64,000 nt of DNA, taken from positions 39,215 to 103,214 of the forward strand of contig JBGAGQ010000015.1 of assembly GCA_044226625.1 (NCBI GenBank), given 5' to 3'. Position numbers and translations under genes: made by a program. The stretch comes from Thermoanaerobaculia bacterium. GTDB taxonomy: Bacteria > Acidobacteriota > Thermoanaerobaculia > Multivoradales > UBA5704. This document shows positions 58,801 through 64,000 of the stretch, piece after piece. The notes under the pieces are model-generated. The model saw only the letters and a program-made list of their open reading frames with translations, was not told the origin of the DNA and did not search any database. Position 1 is the stretch's first letter; every line of letters starts with the position of its first letter.

Positions 58801-59904
58801 GTGACGGGCGGCGAGGCGATGACGCCCGCCGCGGCGGAGCGGTTCCGGAATCGAATGGCGATGCGCCCCGGAGGGCCTGTCGTGTACAACGGCTACGGAC
58901 CGACCGAGACGGTGGTGACCGCAACCTGCCACGATCTTTCGATCGGACGGCTGCCGGAATCGGGCTCGGTGTCGATCGGACGCTTGCTGCCGAACCGCAC
59001 GGGCTATGTGCTCGACGAGGCGGACCGGCCGGCGCCGTTGGGCGGAATCGGCGAGCTGGTTCTAGGCGGACTTCTCGCTCGAGGGTACCTCGATCGGCCG
59101 GACCTTACGGCCGAGCGATTCCGTCCCAACCCCTTCACTGACAAAGCCGGCGAGAGGCTCTATCGAACCGGGGATCGCGTCCGGCAGCGGGGCGACGGCT
59201 CGTTCGACTATCTCGGCCGCACCGATCAACAGATCAAGATTCGCGGTTTCCGCATCGAGCCGGGGGAGATCGAAGCGGCGCTCGAATCGCATCCGCGGAT
59301 CAAAGAGGCGATCGTCCTCGCGCGCGAAGCGCCGGGAACGGGAAAACGTCTGATCGCTTGGTACCGCCGCGCGGAAGGGGCGAACGGCGAGGACCGCGCG
59401 ACCTCCGGCGAGCCTGGCGACCTGTCCGCCGAGCTCCGCGCCGATTTGCTCGGCAGATTGCCGGAGTACATGGTTCCCTCGGCGTTCGTCGAGGTCGGAG
59501 AGTGGCCCGTTTCGCCGAGCGGAAAAATCGACCGTCGCGCTTTACCCGACCCTGTCCGCGACACGGAACGCGAGCGGACGTTGCCGAAGACGCCGATCCA
59601 GGAGGTGCTCGCGGGTATCTGGCGCGACGTCCTGGAAATCGATGCGGTCGGGATCGACGAGAGCTTCTTCGAGCTGGGCGGGCACTCGTTGCTCGCGGTA
59701 CAGCTCGCTTCGAGGGTGGCGGCGAGCTTCCAGGTCGAATTGCCGCTCAAGCGGTTGTTCTCGAGTCCGACGATCGCCCGGCTCGAGCAGGTCGTCCTGG
59801 AGATCGAGCCGCGGCCGGGACAGAGCGAGAAGATCGCTCGGGCGCTACTCCGTTTGAAAAGCCTTTCGCCCGAAGCGAAGGAGAAGCTGCTCCGAAAGAG
59901 CTGA
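46804..59904 (+). CDS. Four-module NRPS, (C-A-T)x4, no thioesterase
   Basis: Four HHxxxDxWS C motifs; four YxIxTSGSTGTPKG / YGPxE / LYRTGD A domains; four LGGHSLL carrier motifs. Confidence 0.95.
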   Translation: MFEMQLPGLKEVERADPSTRVHAPLSYGQEALWFLSRLAPTSRAYHLCGAARVVGPFDRERLQRSFEHLAVRHPALHTTFGEGEGGTPEQRVGDGPGLVFSHRHVDRDGDLEPHLAAELDAPFDLERGPLVRAGLITSEDTGETILWLAAHHLVADFWSLAVMLRDVGAAYANGGSLPPDPTDEAQLTYAQWTHWQRERAASEEGERELAEWKEALSGELPRLEIPTDRPRRGKSTWDGGAVDLAVEAEAVRALGKVARGSKSNLFSALVAAFQSFLARLSGQDDVIVGTPTTGRFGAKVADQVGYFVNPVPVRADLSGDPTFSDLLSRQRPTIQKALALQSYPFSRLAEEIQPERDAGRSPLFDAMFAYEKARGGEGFWGFALGLAGTKVDLGGLSIESLRVEPTGSPFDLSLAVSEVEGGLAGSLRYSSELFDRATVERWAGWWVRLVEGAAANPGLRLSDLPLLSESERTELLSLGASGPSADKSLSEGKKLLDAGFTEWEQRSPDALAVADSQTRWTYRELGERANAVAHRLRTLGIAEESRVAVCLDRSAAFVASLLGVLRAGAAFVPIDPAYPEDRRAAMVRISGASAILTSSELAVSWPEGPDVLSFDELFTTPQPPLSLPSRRADPDQLAYVIFTSGSTGTPKGVAISHRAAHHMTAWYGSRFGWTSADRGLQIAGPGFDATVFEIWPALAAGGSLRVPPEEVRLSPVTLLSWLAAEKVTVAFLPTPLAEAAFAEPPPEGIALRFLTVGGDRLHRGAPASYVSAGVRLVNMYGPAENSVVTTAGEVSADDPLPSIGRAIDGVRVYLLDRSQGLAPTGVVGELAAAGAGLARGYLGDPAQTADRFRPDPWGEPGSRLYRTGDLARWQSGSGEIEFLGRLDHQVKIRGQRIELGEIESALAALPSVRESAVLVHEASPGDRRLVAFVALAEGLGIGEGDLIETLRRRLSDAMVPRTFVRLERLPANANGKVDRKALAALAQTTVLEERGEGDVGVAPRTELEERVAAIWRELLGRERVGVEEDFFSLGGHSLLVTQLASRVRREFGVELSLPELFAGATVAGIAARVASEGEKQKLIEGSEVGAIERVARGSDDVPLSFAQERLWFVDRLEPGRATYNVGFRLVLEGELCEGALEAALAAVVTRHEPLRTRYAQPGDVARQEIDPPSVSFSRWPLVDLAAVDARKAVEAARIARSEGRRPFDLARGPVQRAVLVRRGPALHDAIFTFHHIAIDGWSLAVFSREIAEVYSSFVETRAARLPELPITYADWAIWQRRRLSGERYLRELSWWRSHLQGAPEAIELAVDRPRPALPKRQAAQVRRTLPAQLARSIAARANAEASTPFMMLFAAWAGLLSRLGSGRDLVVGTPIANRNRAETEGLIGFFVNSLAIRVTADPSAPLRSLLYAVREASVGAFAHQDFPFERLVAELGVARGGNVPPIYQVSFAFQNLPAPVMLPGLTTTVEELDGGAAKLDLGLVVTPVEDRLESQLEINLDLFDPATGARLLAAFERMARELAEAPERSLAEAELLGRAERHQLLYEWNEGGGELPAQVGIDCVHDFVRRWARERPDALALESEHEPGRRYSWAELDAHTERVARRLVGLGVGPETVVGVSIERSVDRVVAMVAIWKAGGCYLPIDPELPVERRRLLVVDSGAVAVVGRSAYWEDLTSEWEGWHGRVAPLLLRKEDGLPEGEDFGPEERPRSVVAENLAYLIYTSGSTGTPKGVGVSHRDAAGHFAAARDFYGLDARDRIIQFASASFDVSMEQVGVALASGGTLLVRGPAMPNPLELSAWMTRWGITNANLPTAVWTEWSRAEDPLPEGLRVLITGGEAMTPAAAERFRKRMAMRPRSPVVYNGYGPTETVVTATCYDLRFGRLSELGSVSIGRLLPNRTGFVVDGEDRLGPLGGIGELMLGGLLARGYLDRPDLTAERFRPNPFADKDGERLYRTGDRVRQRGDGSFDYLGRLDQQIKIRGFRIEPGEIEAVLEAHPRIKEAIVLARESAGTGKRLIAWVRCVGDGANPHATSDSLSAELRSFLKGRLPDYMVPMAIVEVDEWPLSPSGKIDRRALPDPAFEETVEKIAPRTPTEEIVAGMFGELLGASDVGAEADFFALGGHSLLATQLASRIRKAFGIELPLAELFSGSTVAQIAERIEAASGAEPAPPIVRAASEQEGVLSFAEERLWFLDRLEPGSATYNVGFRLDLSGSLAFGPFVAALSGVVSRHARLQARFGERGGKPFVAIDTPATVSVPRVDLSAISSEREAERIAVEEGRRPFDLARGALVRVTLVRRAVDRHDALFVFHHIVTDGWSIALFSRETAELYGAAIENRPARLASAPIEVSDWAAWQRRWMSGEVYERELQWWKTRLEGAPEAIDLPVDRPRPTNPRRPARLVRRELPASLQTAVVARAQAAGATPFMVLLAAWAGLFSRLGAGNDLVIGSAIANRNRAETEGLIGFFINSLPMRISTEGVGDRGATLGDLLARTREMALGAYAHQDFPFDRLVAEISGTRGGNVPPIFRVSLVFQNLPEPVLLPGLRTGIEPLGGGVAKLDLALVVSPVLEAGQERLVALLEIDLDLFDPATGARLLAGFERLVREVAEAPERSLAEAELLGRAERHQLLYEWNEGEAELPSQVGIDCVHDFVRRWARERPDALALESEHEPGRRYSWAELNAQTERVARRLVGLGVGPERVVGVSIERSVDRVLAMVAIWKAGGCYLPIDPELPVERRRLLVVDSGAVAVVGRSAYWEDLTAGWEGWHGRVSPLLLRKESGLPEEEDFGPNVLPRTVVAENLAYLIYTSGSTGTPKGVGVSHRHAVGHFAAARDFYRIDGSDRVVQFASASFDVSMEQVGVALASGGALVVRGPELPNPLELTAWMTRWGITNANLPTAVWTEWSRAEDALPEGLRVLVTGGEAMTPAAAERFRKRMALRPGGPVVYNGYGPTETVVTATCYDLAIGPLPESGSVSIGRLLPSRTGYVVDGNDQIVPLGGIGELVLGGLLARGYLDRPDLTAERFRPNPFPEKGGERLYRTGDRVRQRGDGSFDYLGRLDHQIKIRGFRIEPGEIEAALEAHPQIKEAIVLAREAAGVGKRLIAWVRVREGESSGGLRDFLRGRLPEYMVPSAFVELEEWPLTPTGKVDRRALPDPSFEGQGAVGTAPRTATERIVAGLFAELLGVADLDVSADFFALGGHSLLATQLASRIRERFAVELPLAELFAGSTVVGVSDRIEALTVGEGEELAPIRRSARPAEIPLSFAQERLWFLDRLEPGTSTYNVGFRLRLVGPLAKAGLNAALTAIVARHEPLRTRYAVSNERPVQRIEKPTAFALSELDLSGLGDAAIEVEADRVKVIEGGRPFDLAKGPVFRAAAMRRGAERHDLLFVFHHIATDGWSVGVFSRELAELYGAAVEGRPARLAPLMIDYADWAIWQRGWLSRDRYTEELAWWRQRLAGAPEVLELPLDRPRPSEPTRRAHILRRDLPSDLADAIDARARAAGATPYMLLLATWAGLLSRLGCGCDLVIGLPIANRNRAETEGLIGFFVNSLAMRISTDTAGGRRLTLRDLLDRARIAALGAIAHQDFPFDRLVAELGGARGRGIPPVYQVSLALQNHPEPVLLPGLESDAEEIAGNLAKLDLSLAVVPREGVDGARLTALLEVNLDLFDPSTGARLLGGLERMAWAMAESSETLFAEADVLGRAERHQLLYEWNEDGGALPERVVHDFVRRWAREKPDALALESEHEATRRYTWAELDAYTDRLARHLAGLGVGPEKVAGVSIERSVDRVVAMVAIWKAGGCYLPIDPELPVERRRLLVVDSGAVAVVGRSAYWEELTVGWEGWHGRVAPLLLRKEGGLPEGEDFGPEASPRSAVAENLAYLIYTSGSTGTPKGVGISHRHAVGHLAAASGFYRMDGSDRVVQFASASFDVSMEQVGVALASGGALVVRGPELPNPLQLTDWMTKWGITNANLPTAVWTEWSRAEDPLPEGLRVLVTGGEAMTPAAAERFRNRMAMRPGGPVVYNGYGPTETVVTATCHDLSIGRLPESGSVSIGRLLPNRTGYVLDEADRPAPLGGIGELVLGGLLARGYLDRPDLTAERFRPNPFTDKAGERLYRTGDRVRQRGDGSFDYLGRTDQQIKIRGFRIEPGEIEAALESHPRIKEAIVLAREAPGTGKRLIAWYRRAEGANGEDRATSGEPGDLSAELRADLLGRLPEYMVPSAFVEVGEWPVSPSGKIDRRALPDPVRDTERERTLPKTPIQEVLAGIWRDVLEIDAVGIDESFFELGGHSLLAVQLASRVAASFQVELPLKRLFSSPTIARLEQVVLEIEPRPGQSEKIARALLRLKSLSPEAKEKLLRKS

Positions 59905-59931
59905 GCAGGCCGGCTGTTTCAGCCGGCCTGC
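59905..59931. terminator. Hairpin between the convergent NRPS and smc genes
   Basis: GCAGGCCGGCTG-TTT-CAGCCGGCCTGC perfect 12-bp stem; no U-tract. Confidence 0.5.
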
Positions 59932-60007
59932 AGCCATTAGGCTCGGAACCCCGCTGGGCCGCGGGTGTCGATCCGGGCGACGCCCGCTGAAGTCGAACGG
60001 ATGGCGA

Positions 60008-63000
60008 TCAGGCCGTCGCCCGCTGCTCGGGCTGTAAGGCCTCGATCTGCACCGAGACGAGCTTGGACACGCCTTTTTCTTCCATGGTCACGCCATAGAG
60101 GTTGGAGGCGATCTCCATCGTGAGCTTGTTGTGGGTGATTACGATGAACTGGGTGTCCTGCTTGGACATCTGGTGCAGGAGATCGGCGAACCGCGAGGTG
60201 TTGATGTCGTCGAGCGGCGCGTCGACCTCGTCCAGGATGCAGAACGGCGAGGGCTTCGAGCGGAACAGCGCGAAGAGCAACGCGATCGCGGTGAGCGCTT
60301 TTTCGCCGCCCGAGAGCAGCATCAGCGTCTGGAGCCGCTTGCCCGGAGGGCGCGCGACGATCTCGATGCCGCTCTCGAGCGGATCGTCCTCGTCGATCAG
60401 CCGCATCTCCGCCTCGCCGCCACGGAACAGGTGCTGGAAAACTTCACCGAACGCCTGGTTCACCGCGACGAACGTCTCCTTGAAACGCTCGGCCGACGTC
60501 TGGTTGATCTCCTTGATCGTCTGCCGGAGGCTCTCGACCGACTTGACCACGTCGGCTCGCTGGACGGTGAGGAACGAGAAACGCTCCTCCTGCTCATCGT
60601 GCTCCTGCAGGGCGAGGACGTTGACCGGGCCGAGGCGGTCGAGGGTCGCCTTGCATCGAGCGAGCTCGACTTCCAGCTCGGCGAGCGCGCCGACCGCGTC
60701 GGGCGCCGGGTCGGGTAGCTCGCGGTCGAACTCCTGCCGATGCGTTTCGCCGAGGTGTGCGACGTCGTGCTCGAGCCCGGCCTTCTGGATGCGCAAATCC
60801 TCGACCGTGGAGCGCACCTGGTCGCGCTGGTCTCGGCAGGTCTGGATGCGCTCTTCGAGGAGCCGAAGCCCTTGCCGGTGATCGTCGAGCTGCGATTGCG
60901 AGTCGAGTACCGCCTCTTCGACCGTCGCACGCTCTTCGAGCGCCGCCTGGAGCTCGACCTCCGCGCGGGCGACGTCCTCTTCGATCTGGGCGCGCCGCGA
61001 GGTGAGCCGATCGCTCTCCTCGGTCCAGGAGGCGATCTGGCGTCGTCCGTTCTCGACCTCGCCGGTCAAGCGGGCGATCTCGCGATGGAGCGATTCGAGC
61101 CGCTCCTCCAAGAGGTCGAGCCGCCCTCTCCGTCCGGCGCTTTCGGCACGCAGGCTCTCCCGAGTCCCCTTGGCCGCGTCGAGCTCCGCTTGCGCGCGGT
61201 CGAAACGCTCGGCGAGAGAAGCCTGCTTCTCCTCGGCGATTCCGAGCTCGGTCGCGAGCTCTCGACCTTTGGCTCCCAGCTTGTCGAGCTCCGCCGCGAT
61301 CGCGGCGCGCTCGGTCTCCAATTTCTCTCCGGCGGTCGCTTGGCGACGCTCGCGCTGCGCGGCGTCCTCGGCTCGCGCTCGGCCGACCGCGAGCTCCTGC
61401 CGTAGCTGGCCGACCTCGGTTTGCAGCCGGTTCGAATCCTTGGCCATCTGCGACCGGTCAGCGAGCAGCCGCTCGAGTTCCGCGACCGCGCGTGTCAGGC
61501 GCGACTCGAGGTCGGGGATCGCGCGGCCGAGCTCCGCGAGGTCGCGCTCGCGTTCGAGCATGCCGGGAGTCGCTCGCTCTCCCTCGACGCGCAGCGTGCC
61601 GTTCTCGATCCAGAGCCCCTCGCGGCAGAGGAAGGCGACGCCGACGTGGCGGACGGCGAGGCGCATCGCGTCGTCCGCGCTCCGCACTAGAAACGCGGCG
61701 GGGAGCGCGGTCGCTAGGTCCTCGGGGAATCCAAGCGCTTCGCCGACCGAGAGCAAGACGGCGGGATCCGCGGTGATCGCGGCCACGGAGGCCTGAATCT
61801 CGCTCGGATCGAAGTCGTCCGCGTGGGAGCGATGGGGAGCCGGGGCGATGAGGGCGGCCTCCGCCCGGCCGGCGAGCGCTTGAGCGAGCGCGAGCGGGTT
61901 CTGACCCGGGGCGAGGAGCACGGCATCCGCGAGCTCGCCCAAGTAGAAGTCGAGCGCCCGTTCCCAGCCTTCGAGCGGATCCGCCTGCTCGGCGAGGAAG
62001 CGGGGTTCGGCGAGGCCGGCCGCCTGAAGCGCCGCGATCAAGTTCTTTCGCCGCTGGGCGTCGGCGCGCGACAGCTCGGCGAGGATCCGCTCCCGGTTGC
62101 GGCTCTGCGACAGCTCGTTCTCGAGCCTTCTGCGCGCGTCGGTCGCCTCCGCTTCGCGGCGCATCAGCGCTTCGAGAGCCGCGATGGTCCGCTCGGACTC
62201 CGCGGTCCGCTCGGCGAGACGGCTCTCCGCGCCCACCACCTTCTCGCGCGCGAGCTCGAGCCCCTCCCGCATCTGCGCGAGCTCGGCCCGATGCTCGTCG
62301 ATCTCGCGATCGAGGTGGTGAAGGCGGTAGTTGCCCTTCTCTAGCTCGATCTGCGCCTGTTGCGCGCGTTGGCGGACGGCGTTGATCTCGGTGGTGGCGC
62401 CGAGCGTCTCCCGGCGGATCGATTCGAGCCGCGCGTGGGCGAGCTGCAGCTCGCGATCGGCGGAAGCGACGTGGCGTTCGTCCGATTCGACCGCCGAGGC
62501 CGCCTCGTCGCGCTCCGCGACCTGCTCCGCGCGCCGGTTCTCGAGCGAAGCGAGCGCCTCTTCGTGATGGACGATCTCCGCCTGACGCCGCTCGGCGAGG
62601 AGCCGTGCCTGGGAGCCCCGCTCGCCGATCTCTCGCAACGTCTCGCGGCTTCCCTTGATCAGCTGCTGACGGCCCTCGATGCGGGTGCCCAGCTCGGCAT
62701 GCCGCTGGTGGCGAGCGGCGACCTCGCGCCCCAGCTCGTCGGATCGTTCGCGTCCCGCGGCCAAGCCCGCCTCGTCGCGGTGGAGGTCGGCGGCCAGCTC
62801 CGCCTCGCGAGCGACCGCGCCGTCGAGGGCGGTCTGAATCTCGATCAGGCGCGCCGCGAGCACCGCCCACCGCTCGAGGAGGACCTTCTCGAGCAGCTCG
62901 CGATACTCGACCTCTTTCTCTTGGAACCGTTTCGCGGCCGAAGCTTGGCGCTTCAAGGTCCGAACCGACCGCTCGACCTCGGAGATCACGTCGTCCAGCC

Positions 63001-63571
63001 GCAGCAGGTTCGCCGTCGCTTCTTCGAGCTTCACCTCGGCGATCGCCTTGCGCGCCTTGTAGCGGGTGACGCCGGCAGCCTCTTCGAGAAGCTTTCTGCG
63101 CTCCTGCGGCTTGCCGGACAGGATCATGCCGATCTTGCCCTGCTCGATGACCGAGTAGGCGCGAAGGCCCAGGCCGGTATCCATGAGCAGATCGCGGATC
63201 TCTTTCAGCCGGACCGTCTTGCCGTTGAGCTTGTACTGGCTCTCGCCGCCGCGGAACACTCGGCGGGCGATCGTCAGCCGGCCGTCGTTGGCGTGGGGGA
63301 AGCTCGGATCCGTGCGGAGCGTCAGCGTGGCTTCCGCCATCCCCAACGGCTTGCGGTTGTCGGTGCCGTTGAAAATGACGTCTTCCATCGTGCCGCCGCG
63401 CAGCGACTTGGCGCTCTGTTCCCCGAGCACCCAGGTCATCGCTTCGGAGAGGTTCGACTTGCCGCAGCCGTTCGGACCGACGATCGCGGTGACGCCGCCG
63501 GCGAAGTCGACCGCAACCGGGTCGACGAAAGACTTGAATCCAGAGATCTCGAGGCGTTCGACTTTCAGCAT
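60008..63571 (-). CDS. smc: Chromosome segregation protein SMC
   Basis: GFKSF, GPNGCGKSN, long coiled coils with hinge, LSGGEK, LDEVDAPLD and ITH. Confidence 0.95.
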   Translation of the reverse strand: MLKVERLEISGFKSFVDPVAVDFAGGVTAIVGPNGCGKSNLSEAMTWVLGEQSAKSLRGGTMEDVIFNGTDNRKPLGMAEATLTLRTDPSFPHANDGRLTIARRVFRGGESQYKLNGKTVRLKEIRDLLMDTGLGLRAYSVIEQGKIGMILSGKPQERRKLLEEAAGVTRYKARKAIAEVKLEEATANLLRLDDVISEVERSVRTLKRQASAAKRFQEKEVEYRELLEKVLLERWAVLAARLIEIQTALDGAVAREAELAADLHRDEAGLAAGRERSDELGREVAARHQRHAELGTRIEGRQQLIKGSRETLREIGERGSQARLLAERRQAEIVHHEEALASLENRRAEQVAERDEAASAVESDERHVASADRELQLAHARLESIRRETLGATTEINAVRQRAQQAQIELEKGNYRLHHLDREIDEHRAELAQMREGLELAREKVVGAESRLAERTAESERTIAALEALMRREAEATDARRRLENELSQSRNRERILAELSRADAQRRKNLIAALQAAGLAEPRFLAEQADPLEGWERALDFYLGELADAVLLAPGQNPLALAQALAGRAEAALIAPAPHRSHADDFDPSEIQASVAAITADPAVLLSVGEALGFPEDLATALPAAFLVRSADDAMRLAVRHVGVAFLCREGLWIENGTLRVEGERATPGMLERERDLAELGRAIPDLESRLTRAVAELERLLADRSQMAKDSNRLQTEVGQLRQELAVGRARAEDAAQRERRQATAGEKLETERAAIAAELDKLGAKGRELATELGIAEEKQASLAERFDRAQAELDAAKGTRESLRAESAGRRGRLDLLEERLESLHREIARLTGEVENGRRQIASWTEESDRLTSRRAQIEEDVARAEVELQAALEERATVEEAVLDSQSQLDDHRQGLRLLEERIQTCRDQRDQVRSTVEDLRIQKAGLEHDVAHLGETHRQEFDRELPDPAPDAVGALAELEVELARCKATLDRLGPVNVLALQEHDEQEERFSFLTVQRADVVKSVESLRQTIKEINQTSAERFKETFVAVNQAFGEVFQHLFRGGEAEMRLIDEDDPLESGIEIVARPPGKRLQTLMLLSGGEKALTAIALLFALFRSKPSPFCILDEVDAPLDDINTSRFADLLHQMSKQDTQFIVITHNKLTMEIASNLYGVTMEEKGVSKLVSVQIEALQPEQRATA

Positions 63572-63884
63572 GGGTCGGTAAGCCTACCAGACGGCCTCGA
63601 GCGGCTACAAGGAGTAGGGGAGGCGCAGGAGAGCCCCCAAGGCCAAGGCGCTTGCCCCCAGGGCCCCGGCGGCGCAGAGGGGGACGATGAGATTCAAAAG
63701 GGCGGCGAAAATTTCGGTCATGGAGGGCTTGCGGGCCGATGGATCCTATGTCGTTCGGGCTTCCGCCGGGCAAAGGCCGCCCTCTGCTCCCGTTTCGAGC
63801 CATCTACCGCATCTTGTGGTCGATCCCTTGCGCCCCCCCTACTCCTTGTAGCCGCTCGAGGCCGTCTGGTAGGCTTACCGACCC

Positions 63885-64000
63885 ATGCTGAAAGTCGAAC
63901 GCCTCGAGATCTCTGGATTCAAGTCTTTCGTCGACCCGGTCGCGGTCGACTTCGCCGGCGGCGTCACCGCGATCGTCGGACCGAACGGCTGCGGCAAATC
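63885..64000 (+). CDS. smc: Second, inverted copy of the smc 5' end (runs off window)
   Basis: Encodes MLKVERLEISGFKSFVDPVAVDFAGGVTAIVGPNGCGK, identical to the minus-strand SMC N-terminus. Confidence 0.8.
   Translation, partial: MLKVERLEISGFKSFVDPVAVDFAGGVTAIVGPNGCGK

Overview
GC-rich bacterial chromosomal window. Gene content (gingipain-like C25 protein, many sulfatase-like proteins, BlaI/M56 pair, giant NRPS, frequent leaderless starts) suggests Acidobacteriota, possibly Thermoanaerobaculia; this is inference only. Most of it is housekeeping or metabolic: permease-M1 peptidase fusion, DHH-CBS tRNA nucleotidyltransferase, rsmD, a Tat-exported xanthine/aldehyde oxidoreductase trimer, murB, rpiB, kynU/kynA and smc. 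The parts most worth following up are: (i) two tandem nuclease-STAND NTPase-TPR genes (38.1-43.9 kb), each framed by a near-identical 40-nt upstream and identical 41-nt downstream element, with a divergent sensor region; (ii) a 13 x 21-nt array of TGCA-N4-TGCA palindromes separated by 9-nt spacers directly after them; (iii) a C25 peptidase co-encoded with a stand-alone lipoprotein carrying an FN3-like domain of the type that usually precedes sorting signals; (iv) a 4-module NRPS with three near-identical A domains and no thioesterase, divergent from kynU-kynA; (v) a 333-bp-period nested-palindrome array; (vi) an inverted second copy of the smc 5' end with only synonymous differences. All family calls come from motif recognition by eye; no database searches were run.
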